A stretch of DNA of 39,962 bases. Source: a virus (taxonomy: Duplodnaviria > Caudoviricetes). The stretch is taken from the IMG/VR virus record IMGVR_UViG_3300031452_000172, positions 1-39,962 of that record, one strand, 5' to 3'. The stretch's first letter is position 1. The number at the start of each line of letters is the position of its first letter. Below are positions 15,335-25,102 of this stretch, in pieces. Both the position numbers and the translations under genes were made by a program. Below the pieces are notes generated by a model. The model was not told the origin of the DNA. It was given only the letters and a program-made list of their open reading frames with translations, and did no database searches.

Positions 15335-16201
15335 ATGACGGTACAAGCCAGCGTCGGTCATCTCCTGTTGAAAGCTGCGCACGACGCGCCGAAGCTCGAT
15401 GCCGAGGCCGAACGCGACCTCGTAGAGCGCTTCCACGAAGGTGACCGAGTCGCGCTCGGTCAGTTGATCATCGCCAACGTCAAGCTCGCGATCCGACGCG
15501 CCGCTGCACTGCGCGGCTACGGATTGCAGGCCGACGATCTGGTCCAGGAAGGCATCATCGGCCTGCTTGAGGCGGCATCCCGCTTCGACATCGACCAGGA
15601 GGTTAGATTTTCTACCTACGCGTTGTGGTGGATCCGGGCCACCACCATGGAATTCGTTCTCCGCAACTGGTCGATCGTCCGCACGTCTATGGATGGCGAT
15701 CAGAAGCGGATGTTCTTTCAACTCCGGCGCACGAAGGAACGCTTGTTGCGGGACCCCTCGACCGACCCGGCTTCGATCCGCGCGGCAATCGCATCGGCAC
15801 TCGGTGTCCCTGAGCGGGAGGTCGAGATCATGGAAGCCCGGCTCGGCGGCGATGTCTCGCTGAACGCACCCGCGTCATGGGACGAAGACGGAGAGGCTGA
15901 GATCGGCGACAGTCTCGCTGACGACGCTCCGCTTCCCGACACCATCGCATTCAGCATGATCGAGACCGACAGCAAGGAGATCGCGCTGCGCGACGCCATG
16001 AGCCAACTCGACGACAGGGAACGCCTCGTCGTGCAGGAACGCTGGCTTACCGACGACATCGCCCCGCTCGCGGCACTCGGCGAGTTCCTCGGCATCAGCG
16101 CCCAACGGGTAAAGCGCATAGAGATCGCGGCGATCGCCAAGCTGCAGGCCGGCGCTGCCGGTGTCTGGGCTGCAGAGAGCGCGGCAGGCCCCACGTACTG
16201 A
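15335..16201 (+). CDS. rpoH: RpoH (sigma-32)-family RNA polymerase sigma factor, phage-borne
   Basis: Region 2 DDLVQEGIIGLLEAASRFD...RFSTYALWWIRA, RNWSIVR, RpoH-box-like QKRMFFQLRR, region 4 LGISAQRVKRIE; ORF open from 15263 but the ATG at 15335 has a GAGG upstream. Confidence 0.88.
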   Translation: MTVQASVGHLLLKAAHDAPKLDAEAERDLVERFHEGDRVALGQLIIANVKLAIRRAAALRGYGLQADDLVQEGIIGLLEAASRFDIDQEVRFSTYALWWIRATTMEFVLRNWSIVRTSMDGDQKRMFFQLRRTKERLLRDPSTDPASIRAAIASALGVPEREVEIMEARLGGDVSLNAPASWDEDGEAEIGDSLADDAPLPDTIAFSMIETDSKEIALRDAMSQLDDRERLVVQERWLTDDIAPLAALGEFLGISAQRVKRIEIAAIAKLQAGAAGVWAAESAAGPTY

Positions 16202-16298
16202 TCAGTGCAGCGGCGCATAGGCCAAAGGAGGGTAACCTTCGCCTGTGGCAGAGCTGGCCTGAGGAGGGCATTGTCCAGGGGGATGTCTGTGAAACCCC

Positions 16299-16345
16299 GG
16301 GTCCTTCCTATGCACGCCATGGTTGCGGGTAACGCGCGACGTCGA
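16299..16345 (+). other. Putative cos site (cosQ plus cosN-like)
   Basis: GGGTCCT (identical to lambda cosQ) followed by GGTTGCG ending 22 nt later (lambda GGTTACG), immediately upstream of the small terminase gene. Confidence 0.55.
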
Positions 16346-16402
16346 TGCATTTCTAGGCTTGGATCTCCAGAACCCCATTACAAGTGACAGGTTACAAGCA
16401 AG

Positions 16403-17044
16403 GTGACAGGTTCCAAGACGCCGCAATTTCTCAGTCAGGCCGACTTCGCCCGACGCAGGAGCGTGTCGCGGAATGCGGTCTCGGTCTGGAAATCCAAGGG
16501 CTTGCTGGTCCTGAACGAGGACGGCAAGGTCGACGTTGAAGCGACCGAGTGGAAGCTCGACGATCGGCCGTTGGTTTACCGCGGCGGCATCACGCACCGC
16601 CCGATCCATGGGCCGGACCAGAACAACCACGATCCGAAAGACACCAAACCGCCAAAAGCGAAATCCGGTGAGTCGCTCCTGCCGACCGTGCCCGAGCCAT
16701 CCGATGACGGCGCGCCCGATCCCCTGGACTTCGATCTCAGCAACCCGAACCTTACGCAAGCCGAAGCGGTCCGGCGGAAGGAAAACTTCCTCGGCCTTCT
16801 CCGCAAGCACGAATACGAGGTGGCCAAGGGAGAATGGGCTCGGGTCGAGGACGTCGGCAAGGCGGTGGAGCGGGAATACTCCGTGGTTCGGGAACGACTG
16901 TTGGCGATCCCTGGAAAGCTTGCCGCGAAGCTGGTGGACCGCGATCGCGTCGAAATCGAACTGGCGCTGTTCGAGGAGATCAGCGAGGCCTTGAATGAAC
17001 TTCATGCCCCCGATGCGGACGATGGCGACGGGGGTGCCGCTTAG
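16403..17044 (+). CDS. Terminase small subunit (Nu1-like)
   Basis: N-terminal HTH LSQADFARRRSVSRNAVSVWK; C-terminal VRERLLAIPGKLA; directly precedes the large subunit. Confidence 0.85.
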   Translation: MTGSKTPQFLSQADFARRRSVSRNAVSVWKSKGLLVLNEDGKVDVEATEWKLDDRPLVYRGGITHRPIHGPDQNNHDPKDTKPPKAKSGESLLPTVPEPSDDGAPDPLDFDLSNPNLTQAEAVRRKENFLGLLRKHEYEVAKGEWARVEDVGKAVEREYSVVRERLLAIPGKLAAKLVDRDRVEIELALFEEISEALNELHAPDADDGDGGAA

Positions 17045-19058
17045 GGACAGGCTGCGGAAGGCCAGGTCGGCCCTCAAGCCGCCTACTCGGCTCAACCTCG
17101 TGCAGTGGGCGGATCGATATCGCTACGTCAGCCTGTCGTCGTCGCCGGGCAGGTGGAAGACCCGCACCCAACCCGTAGCCTACGGGCCGATGATGGCGGT
17201 GACCGAGTCCGATACGTCGAAGATCACGGTGATGGCCGGAACGCAGGTCGTGAAGAGCGAGCTGCTCAAGAACGTTGCTTATTTCTTCATCCACCAGGAG
17301 CCCTCACCCATCCTGTTCGTGCAGCCGAGCCAGGGTGCGGCCGCATCTTTCTCCAAGGAGCGGTTCACGCCCGACGTGCGGAAGATGCCCGAGCTTCAGG
17401 CCGTGATCGAGGCGCCGAAGTCACGGGACAGCGACAACACGATCACGCACAAGGAGTACGCGGGCGGCCCGCTCGACTTCGTCGGTGCGAACTCGCCGAC
17501 CGATTTGGCGTCGCGGCCGAAACGGGTCGTGCTGTGCGACGAGATTGACAAGTACCCGGTCAGCGCCGGCCCGGAAGGTGACCCGTTGACCCTCGCGGAG
17601 GAACGGGCGTCGACCTACGAGGACCTCGGCCTCGCCAAGTTCGTGCGGGCCTGTTCGCCGACGGAGAAGGGCAAGTCGCGGATCGGCCGTGAGTATGAGG
17701 CCAGCGATCAACGCCGCTGCTTCCTGGCCTGCCCGCATTGCGGTCATGAACAGGTTCTGACCTGGGCAAACGTGAAGTGGGAAAAGGTGCTCGAGGACGG
17801 CACCGTCACGGTGGACGTCCCGGCCGGTCAGCATGCACGCGAGCACCGTCCTGGAACGGCGTCGATCGCGTGCGAGGGATGTGGCGCGCTGTGGACGGAG
17901 CGGGAGAGGATCAGGGCGCTGGATGCGCTGGAGCACGCCTTGGACCATGGGTGGCGGCAGACGCGGCAGTTCTTCTGCTGTGATGAGCGACAGACCCCAT
18001 CGCAGTGGGATGAAGCAGGGCGGTCGCTCTGCCGGCTGTGCGGGGAGCGGTCGAGCTACGATGGCCACGCCGGCTTCGTCATCTCCAAGCTCTACTCGGC
18101 CCGCCACAAGCTGGCCAGGGTCGTCAAAGAGTTCCTGGATGCCGTCGGCGACCCGGAGCTGATGAAGAAGTTCACCAATACGGCCCTGGCGGAATTGTGG
18201 GAACCGGCAGGCATCGAGCGGATGGACGGGTCGGACCTGATCAACCGAGCCGAACCCTACGGCCCCGACGATCTCCCCAACGAAGTCCTGGTGGTTACCG
18301 GCTTCTGTGACGTCCAGGGCGACCGGCTTGAGGTGCAGTTGATCGGATGGGGTGCCGACGAGGAGTCGTGGCCCTTCCTGTACGAGGTCATCAACCTGGA
18401 TCCGGCTCAGCCGCAGGCGTGGAAAGATCTGAAGGAGCTTACCGCACGGACGTTCACCCGGACGGACGGCAGGATGATCCGGATCGCCGCTTTCGGCATC
18501 GACTATGGTGGCCACCACGGTTCCCAGGTGCTGTCGTTCTGCCGTCAGCAGCGGGGGCAGCGGATCTTCCCCTGTGTCGGCCGCTCCGGGAAGAAGCCGA
18601 TTTGGTCGTTGACGCCCTACAAGACAAAAACGGGTGAGAAGCTGTGGCCGGTCGGCGTGGATTCGGCAAAGGACGCCATCTATGCGCGGCTGAAAATCGA
18701 CCTGCCCGAGGAAGGCCGCCGCAAGCCGGGCTTCATTCACTTTCCGACCGCGGCCGCGTTCGGACCCGAGTATTTCGCTCAGCTGACATCGGAGCGCCGC
18801 GAGACACGCAAGCGGCTCGGGCAGAGCGTCACGGTGTGGGTGCTGCCAGGCGGCAAGCGCAACGAGGTTCTCGACACTTTCGTGGGCGCGCTGGCGGTGC
18901 GCCAATCGCTGCCGCGGCGGATCGAAGCCACGCTGGAGTATTCGGCCGCCCCGATCCCGGAAGAGCCGCGGGCCGTGGCCACGACACCTAAACCACAACC
19001 GCAGACGCAACAGCGTCCGGGCGGTTTCCTCGGCCGGCACAAAGGCTGGCTTCGATAA
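16995..19058 (+). CDS. Terminase large subunit (lambda GpA family)
   Basis: QWADRYR, AGTQVVKSE (variant Walker A), VVLCDEID, CPHCG, DVQGDRLE, RNEVLDT; true start may be about 17022. Confidence 0.95.
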   Translation: MNFMPPMRTMATGVPLRDRLRKARSALKPPTRLNLVQWADRYRYVSLSSSPGRWKTRTQPVAYGPMMAVTESDTSKITVMAGTQVVKSELLKNVAYFFIHQEPSPILFVQPSQGAAASFSKERFTPDVRKMPELQAVIEAPKSRDSDNTITHKEYAGGPLDFVGANSPTDLASRPKRVVLCDEIDKYPVSAGPEGDPLTLAEERASTYEDLGLAKFVRACSPTEKGKSRIGREYEASDQRRCFLACPHCGHEQVLTWANVKWEKVLEDGTVTVDVPAGQHAREHRPGTASIACEGCGALWTERERIRALDALEHALDHGWRQTRQFFCCDERQTPSQWDEAGRSLCRLCGERSSYDGHAGFVISKLYSARHKLARVVKEFLDAVGDPELMKKFTNTALAELWEPAGIERMDGSDLINRAEPYGPDDLPNEVLVVTGFCDVQGDRLEVQLIGWGADEESWPFLYEVINLDPAQPQAWKDLKELTARTFTRTDGRMIRIAAFGIDYGGHHGSQVLSFCRQQRGQRIFPCVGRSGKKPIWSLTPYKTKTGEKLWPVGVDSAKDAIYARLKIDLPEEGRRKPGFIHFPTAAAFGPEYFAQLTSERRETRKRLGQSVTVWVLPGGKRNEVLDTFVGALAVRQSLPRRIEATLEYSAAPIPEEPRAVATTPKPQPQTQQRPGGFLGRHKGWLR

Positions 19059-19060
19059 GG

Positions 19061-19543
19061 ATGACGTCTATGCCGAAACCTGCCGCGCCCGCGACCATCG
19101 AGAGCCTGCTTGAGAAGGGCGATGGCGTCCTCGTGAAGCGGGGAGGTGTCTGGACCTATCCGAACGCCCCGAACGACCGCAGTGGCACGAACCTCGTGAT
19201 GCCGGTCGAGTTCGTATCCGAAGCGGCCGTCCAGGAAGCCCTGACGAAGGGCGAGCTTGCTCCTACTGCGACCACCATGACTGGCGCCCCCATGTCGGTA
19301 ATGAAGAAGCCCGAGGGTGACGTTCCGGTCCGCATCCTCAACATGGCCCAAGCCGGATCGGTGGAAGCCGCGACGGAGATGCCGCTCAACTCACGGCCGA
19401 CCCATGATGCCGGGAAATCCGATGCGGCCGACGTGTTCGTGAATCCGAAAGGCGCCCCCGAGAAGCCGAAGACCATTGCGCCCGCGTCCGGCTCCCCCGT
19501 CGTCCCCGCCGTTCCAGCGGCGCCAGCGCCGAAGCCCTCGTGA
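19061..19543 (+). CDS. Hypothetical protein
   Basis: 160 aa directly after terminase; Pro/Ala-rich tail. Confidence 0.7.
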   Translation: MTSMPKPAAPATIESLLEKGDGVLVKRGGVWTYPNAPNDRSGTNLVMPVEFVSEAAVQEALTKGELAPTATTMTGAPMSVMKKPEGDVPVRILNMAQAGSVEAATEMPLNSRPTHDAGKSDAADVFVNPKGAPEKPKTIAPASGSPVVPAVPAAPAPKPS

Positions 19544-19716
19544 CGGATGTCATCTCGGTTCTGGTGACGCAGCCGCCGCTGCCACCTGCGACCTCCGGTG
19601 AGGGTCGCGAGATTCCTGTGACCCCTTACCCGAACCAAGACCCGGAACAGCGCTACGCCGAACCGAACTGGCGCTCGGAACCGACGAGCGAGTTGGACCC
19701 GCGAAAGGGGCGCTGA
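19540..19716 (+). CDS. Small hypothetical protein (58 aa), absent from the ORF track
   Basis: GTGA overlap upstream and TGATG overlap downstream; MTDVISVLVTQPPLPP...LDPRKGR. Confidence 0.5.
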   Translation: MTDVISVLVTQPPLPPATSGEGREIPVTPYPNQDPEQRYAEPNWRSEPTSELDPRKGR

Positions 19717-19907
19717 TGAACGAGCGTGAGATCCAGGTCGACTGCCTCAAGAAGGCGCTCGCCTCTGCTAGCTCCGAGCCGATTAAGGAGGCGCTGCGTC
19801 TCTACGACCTTCGGGCGGCCGAGCCCCGCGCCGACAGTCTTCGGGCACAGATGATGCGAACATCCGCGATCGGCGAGGTAGATCTGGCCACCAAGAAGAA
19901 CGACTAA
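19716..19907 (+). CDS. Small hypothetical protein
   Basis: 63 aa, coupled start. Confidence 0.55.
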   Translation: MNEREIQVDCLKKALASASSEPIKEALRLYDLRAAEPRADSLRAQMMRTSAIGEVDLATKKND

Positions 19908-19911
19908 CCCG

Positions 19912-20127
19912 ATGCCGACCCTCGCCGAGGTGCTGATCCTGCAATCGCAGATGGCTCAGATCCAGGCCATCATCGCCAGCGGTCTCACTCGCGGGTCCTA
20001 TGAAGGGAAAAGCACCGATTTTCGGTCGATGACGGAGCTTTACCGGATCCGCGACGATCTCGCGCGCCAGCTTGGGCTGACTGCGCCGGTTCGCCGGACT
20101 GTCGTCGCGTACAACGGCGGCTTTTGA
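19912..20127 (+). CDS. Head-tail joining protein (gpW-like)
   Basis: AIIASG...YEGKSTDFRSMTEL; immediately before the portal. Confidence 0.8.
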   Translation: MPTLAEVLILQSQMAQIQAIIASGLTRGSYEGKSTDFRSMTELYRIRDDLARQLGLTAPVRRTVVAYNGGF

Positions 20128-21668
20128 TGGCGCAATGGCTGGAGAAGACGATCGCGTGGGTGTCGCCTGAGTCGGCGCTGAAACGCGAGAATGCCCGCGT
20201 TCGTCTGGCCCGTGCGGCGCACGTCCGAGCGCTCTACGAAGGCGCCTCCTACTCTCGGCGGGCGCAGGGTTGGCGCGCCATGCTGACCGATGCGAATGCG
20301 GAAAACCGCATCGCCTTGGTCCGGTTGCGCAGCGTCTCTCGGGAACTGGTGCGTAACAACGCCTTCGCGACCCGTGGGAAGTCGACGATCGCCAACAACA
20401 CGGTCGGGGCCGGCATCACGCCCACGGTGCGGTCCGGGACCGACACTCGAACCAAAAAGGTCGGCGACCTGATCAAGGCTCATTTCGAGTCGACCGATAT
20501 CGATGCCGATGGCCGGCATAACATCTACGGGCTGCAGAGCCTGGCCATGGGGGCCATCGTCGAGACCGGCGAGGTGCTCATTCGCAAGCGCCTCAGGAGG
20601 TCGTCGGACGGCTATGTCCTGCCGTTTCAGATCCAGGTGCTTGAGGCCGACTATCTCGACACCAACGTCGAGGGCGATCTTGCCAACGGGAACTATGCGA
20701 TCCAGGGCGTCGAGTTCGACCTGACCGGAAAGCGGGTCGCTTACTACCTCTACGATCAGCACCCCGGTTCGCTGACCTATGGCGTCTCGACAGGCTATCG
20801 CGGCAACCGGGTGTCGGCCGACTTCGTGGCGCACGTCTACCGCATGGATCGGCCGGGGCAGGTGAGGGGAATCACGTGGTTTGCCCCCGTGATCGTCCGC
20901 CTGAAGGACTTCGCCGACTACACCGACGCGCAACTGCTCCGGCAGAAGATCGCGGCCTGCTTCGGTGCTTTCGTATCTACGGCGGACGGCAACGGCCCGA
21001 CGATCGACGGCGCCGGCAACCCACTGCCGGTTACCGCGACCGGAATCAACATCGAGACCCTTGAGCCGGGCGGCATTCAGTACACGCGGGAAGGGGAGAG
21101 TGTCACCTTCGCGACACCACCTCAGGTCATGGACTTCGGCCCTTACAGCAACGTGACGCTGCACGAGGTCGCAGCCGGTCTCGGTGTCACCTACGAATGC
21201 CTGACCACCGATCTGGCACAGGCCACCTACAGCGGCGGCCGCCTCGGTCATTTGGAGTTCGACCGCAACGTCGACGCCTGGCGCTGGAACATGCTGGTGC
21301 CCCAGATGCTCGACCCGGTCGAGCAATGGACCATCGACGCCGTCAACGTCGTCACGGGTTCGACGGAGCCGTTCGGCCTCGACTGGACGCCGCCGGAACG
21401 CATCCTGATCGACGTCGGGATGGAGAACGAGGCGTCGAAGGACGCCATCCGAAACGGTCTCTCGTCGCGTAGCGAGGAAGTCCGCAAGCGCGGATTGGAT
21501 CCTCTGCAACTCGACGCCGAGATCGCGTCCGACAATGCACGTGCCGACGAGTTCGGCCTCGTGTTCGACTCGGATCCCCGGGCCGTGTCGGGCCGTGGCG
21601 TTTCGCAGAAGCCCGATGGGTCGGGCGGTGGAACGAAGAAGAAGCTGGCGGCCGGCCGCCCGAACTGA
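20127..21668 (+). CDS. Portal protein, lambda family
   Basis: LRSVSRELVRNN, IQVLEADYL, RPGQVRGI, YSGGRLGHLEF. Confidence 0.95.
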   Translation: MAQWLEKTIAWVSPESALKRENARVRLARAAHVRALYEGASYSRRAQGWRAMLTDANAENRIALVRLRSVSRELVRNNAFATRGKSTIANNTVGAGITPTVRSGTDTRTKKVGDLIKAHFESTDIDADGRHNIYGLQSLAMGAIVETGEVLIRKRLRRSSDGYVLPFQIQVLEADYLDTNVEGDLANGNYAIQGVEFDLTGKRVAYYLYDQHPGSLTYGVSTGYRGNRVSADFVAHVYRMDRPGQVRGITWFAPVIVRLKDFADYTDAQLLRQKIAACFGAFVSTADGNGPTIDGAGNPLPVTATGINIETLEPGGIQYTREGESVTFATPPQVMDFGPYSNVTLHEVAAGLGVTYECLTTDLAQATYSGGRLGHLEFDRNVDAWRWNMLVPQMLDPVEQWTIDAVNVVTGSTEPFGLDWTPPERILIDVGMENEASKDAIRNGLSSRSEEVRKRGLDPLQLDAEIASDNARADEFGLVFDSDPRAVSGRGVSQKPDGSGGGTKKKLAAGRPN

Positions 21669-21691
21669 CCGCCCGAGGACAGGAACATCTG

Positions 21692-23839
21692 ATGTCGAAA
21701 GCGAAGCGAGCCGCTCGGCGGTCTGGCGTGGGGGACGTGCGCGCCCTGATGCAGGGCACGAACTCGCTCGTGCTCAATAACCAGTTGATGATCTATGGCG
21801 TGATCGATCCGACGATCGATCCCTACGGCGAGACCACCAGTGTCCGCGCTATCGACGTCATGGCGTCGCTCACCGAACTGGCGGACCAGGCCACTATCGT
21901 GGTCCGCATCAATTCTCCGGGCGGCTCGGTGATCGAAGGGCTGGCGATCTACAACGCCCTGAAGGCCTGGGGGAAGCCGATCGAGGTGCACGTCGACGCC
22001 ATGGCGGCTTCCGCGGCCTCGGTGATCGCCATGGCCGGCACCGAGATTGTTATGGCCGAGAACGCCTCGATCATGATCCACGACCCGTGGACGATCGCCA
22101 TGGGCGGTTCCGACGACATGCGAGATGCGGCCGACGAGATCGATCGTCAGAAGCAGATCATCCTCAACATCTACGTGCAGCGGACCGGCCAGGACCCCGC
22201 TGCGATCTCCGCGATGATGCAGGCCGAAACCTACATGTCGGCGTCCGACGCCGTGGCGCACGGCTTCGCCGACAGGATCGACCAACCTATGGCCGTCGCG
22301 GCCTGTGAGGCTCTCGACCCCAAGACACTGGCGCATCTCCTCGCGCTGGACACCCACCGGGCGCAGGCCCGCTCTTCCGCGGCGCAGCCCGCGAACGCAA
22401 AGGACAAATCGATGGCTACTCCCGCCGAAAGCGGTGCTACCGGCGGCAAGCGCCCTGCCGTGGTGATCAACGTGCCCGCCGCGCCGGCCCCGGCAGCCGA
22501 TCCGTCTCATGACCTTGCCGCGATCCGGGCCGAGGCGACCAAGGCCGAGCGCGACCGCGTGCACGGCATCTCCCATGCTGTCCGGGCCGCCAAGCTCGAG
22601 CACGCCTTCGCGGATGAGCTTATCCGCACCGGCGCCTCGGTGTCCGACGCCCATTCCAAGATCATCGACAAGTGGGCCGACGTGCAGAACAGCCGGGCCG
22701 ACAATCCGCCCGGCAGCCAGCGCCCGTCCGGTGCCGAGGTCGTCAAGGAAGGCGTCGACAAGTGGGCCGAGGGCGTGACTCAGGGCATCCTGATGCGGGC
22801 GGGCCTTGTGAAGGCCGACAGGTCCAACGAGTTCGTTGGCATGTCTCTCGCCGAGATGGCGCGATCCTCGCTCGATGTGCGCAACATCAGGTCGAGCGGC
22901 CTCAAAGCGGACATGATCGGCCGTGCCTTCACGGTCCGCAACGAGGGCCCTGGCTTCAGCTCCACGTCCGATTTCCCAAGCATCCTGCAGAACGTCGCCT
23001 ACAAGGCGATGATGAAGGGCTACACGGAGGTCGACGAGACCTTCGACCAGTGGACCGGGAAGGGGACGCTGCCCGATTTCCGCATCGGCTACCGCGTCGA
23101 CTCCGGCCTCTTCCCCAGCCTCGACAAGGTCGACGAGGGCGCAGAGTACAAATACGGGACCCTGACGGACAGCGGGACCCAGGTCGTGCTGGCGACCTAT
23201 GGCAAGATGTTCGCCATCACGCGGCAGGCAGTTATTAACGACGACCTGCACTACTTCAACAAGGTGCCGATGAAGATGGGCCGCGCCGCGAAGCGCACGA
23301 TCGGCAACCTCGTTTACGCGATCCTGAACACCAATCCCGTGATGCAGGACGGGCTGCCGCTTTTCGCTGCGGCTCACAACAACACGGCCGCGGCGGGGTC
23401 CGGTTCCGTGCCGAACGCACCTTCGATCGCGGCCGGCCGAGTTTCGATGGCGCGCCAGAAAGACGATCAAGGGCTGTCCACCGGCGTCGGCATCAAGCCG
23501 AAGTTCATCCTTGTGTCGCCCGAGATCTGGGATGTCACCAACACGACCCTGAGGGCCGAATACCTATCTGCCGATGCCGGCCTGCAGCCCAACTATGTGA
23601 ACAATGCCGCGACCCCGATCAGCGACAATCGCCTGAATGGTGGATCGTGGTTCCTCGCGGCGGACGCCGACCTCACCGATACGATCGAAGTCGACTACCT
23701 CGACGGCATCGAGGAGCCGTTCATGGATCAGAAGCAGGGCTGGGGTGTCGACGGAGCCGAGTTCAAGGTCCGCATCGACGTCGGCGTGAAGGCTCTGCAT
23801 TGGCGGGGACTGTATCGCAACCCCGGCGCCGGCAACTGA
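21692..23839 (+). CDS. ClpP-type prohead protease fused to major capsid protein
   Basis: INSPGGSV, MAASAASVIAMAG and IMIHDPW (S14 protease); STSDFPSIL, TYGKMFAITRQAVINDD and KVRIDVG (capsid). Confidence 0.93.
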   Translation: MSKAKRAARRSGVGDVRALMQGTNSLVLNNQLMIYGVIDPTIDPYGETTSVRAIDVMASLTELADQATIVVRINSPGGSVIEGLAIYNALKAWGKPIEVHVDAMAASAASVIAMAGTEIVMAENASIMIHDPWTIAMGGSDDMRDAADEIDRQKQIILNIYVQRTGQDPAAISAMMQAETYMSASDAVAHGFADRIDQPMAVAACEALDPKTLAHLLALDTHRAQARSSAAQPANAKDKSMATPAESGATGGKRPAVVINVPAAPAPAADPSHDLAAIRAEATKAERDRVHGISHAVRAAKLEHAFADELIRTGASVSDAHSKIIDKWADVQNSRADNPPGSQRPSGAEVVKEGVDKWAEGVTQGILMRAGLVKADRSNEFVGMSLAEMARSSLDVRNIRSSGLKADMIGRAFTVRNEGPGFSSTSDFPSILQNVAYKAMMKGYTEVDETFDQWTGKGTLPDFRIGYRVDSGLFPSLDKVDEGAEYKYGTLTDSGTQVVLATYGKMFAITRQAVINDDLHYFNKVPMKMGRAAKRTIGNLVYAILNTNPVMQDGLPLFAAAHNNTAAAGSGSVPNAPSIAAGRVSMARQKDDQGLSTGVGIKPKFILVSPEIWDVTNTTLRAEYLSADAGLQPNYVNNAATPISDNRLNGGSWFLAADADLTDTIEVDYLDGIEEPFMDQKQGWGVDGAEFKVRIDVGVKALHWRGLYRNPGAGN

Positions 23840-23901
23840 CGGCCGCGTGAAGCAGCGCGCCTCCGGGCGCGCGCCACTCCTCTTTTCCGAGAACCCTCAT
23901 C

Positions 23902-24234
23902 ATGCGCAACTTCATCCAACTGGGTGACACGCTCGACGTCGTCGCTCCGGCCAACGTCGTTTCCGGCCAGCTTGTCATCATCGGCAACCTTTCCGGCGTC
24001 GCCACCACGACGGCGATGGCCGGCATCACGTTCGCGCTCAAGACCACGGGGGTATTCGAGCTGGCGAAGGTCACCACCGAGGCCTGGACGGTGGGCACCA
24101 AGATCTATTGGGACGCCACCAACCTCGTCGCGACGATCGTGGCAGGCAGCAACACGCTGATCGGTCGGGCATCGGAGCCCAACGCCAATCCATCCTCGGT
24201 CGGCCGCGTGCTGCTGTCGCGCTTCGGGGTGTGA
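23902..24234 (+). CDS. Capsid cement/decoration protein (DUF2190-like)
   Basis: MRNFIQLGDTL...GVFELAK...GTKIYWD. Confidence 0.85.
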   Translation: MRNFIQLGDTLDVVAPANVVSGQLVIIGNLSGVATTTAMAGITFALKTTGVFELAKVTTEAWTVGTKIYWDATNLVATIVAGSNTLIGRASEPNANPSSVGRVLLSRFGV

Positions 24235-24560
24235 TCAACTTCGACAACCTCGTCGTCGCGCCCTTGATGAGCGTGTTCGGCGTGCCGATGGTCATCACGC
24301 CGGTGATCTCACAGCCGGGTGTCGCGCCATTCCTCGGCCGAGGTGTGTGGTCGATCAAGACGGTCGAGATCCCGCTTGAGAACGGCACGATCCTCTCGAC
24401 CTACGAGCCTCACCTTGGGATCCGGCTCGCCGACTACCCGATCCCGCTTCGGCAGGAGGACGCAGTCCTGGTCAACGGCACGAACTATCTCGTGTTCGAT
24501 ATCCAGCCGGACGGGCAGGGCGCAGCAGACCTTACGCTGAAGGACGCGGATCCCTCATGA
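24231..24560 (+). CDS. Head-tail joining (head closure) protein
   Basis: GTGA overlap; ends YLVFDIQPDGQGAADLTL; position after the capsid genes. Confidence 0.7.
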   Translation: MINFDNLVVAPLMSVFGVPMVITPVISQPGVAPFLGRGVWSIKTVEIPLENGTILSTYEPHLGIRLADYPIPLRQEDAVLVNGTNYLVFDIQPDGQGAADLTLKDADPS

Positions 24561-25102
24561 CCGTCGGCGCGCCCACCTTCTACCCGGCCGGGCCTATCGA
24601 GATCCGGGACGGCACCTTCGACCGCGTCAAGGTGATGACGGGCTTCGCCAATGTTTTCAAGCAGCGCGTGCTGCCGACCAAGGATGACCAGCTGCCGCTC
24701 GCCTGCGTCTGGCACGGTGGCGACCGGACCGAACCATGGGGCGACGCCAACGTGGGGCCGCCGTCGTTCGATCACACGCTGGCGATCGTCGTCGACATCA
24801 TAACGAAGGCGGCGAGCCAGAACGCGCTCGACGCGCCGATCGTCGACCTGGTGGAGCGGCTACGGGCGACGCTCCTGACCGATCTGACGTGGGTCAACCT
24901 GTTCGAAGCCTGCAGTCGGTGTGACGTCGCCTACACGTACCCGGGCGAGGGAAACTTCTTCTACGCCAAGGGCACGGTCACGTTCGAACTGACGTTCCGG
25001 TCCGAGTGGGAGCCCGTCATCCAGACCGACCTCACCGAGATAACCACCATCTATCCGCCCGCTGGACTGATTCAGACCATCGACCTGCAAGGCAACCCAT
25101 GA
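24557..25102 (+). CDS. Tail completion/terminator-like protein
   Basis: 181 aa, DQLPLACVW motif; neck position. Confidence 0.6.
   Translation: MTVGAPTFYPAGPIEIRDGTFDRVKVMTGFANVFKQRVLPTKDDQLPLACVWHGGDRTEPWGDANVGPPSFDHTLAIVVDIITKAASQNALDAPIVDLVERLRATLLTDLTWVNLFEACSRCDVAYTYPGEGNFFYAKGTVTFELTFRSEWEPVIQTDLTEITTIYPPAGLIQTIDLQGNP

Noticed and set aside
17772-17807. Self-target of array 3 in the terminase gene (NN string resembles codon starts of VLEDGxV)
   Set aside because: Only 17 of 24 positions match under a skip-one reading, roughly what chance gives over both strands of 40 kb; a similar partial match in the small terminase (EDGKV) is equally weak.
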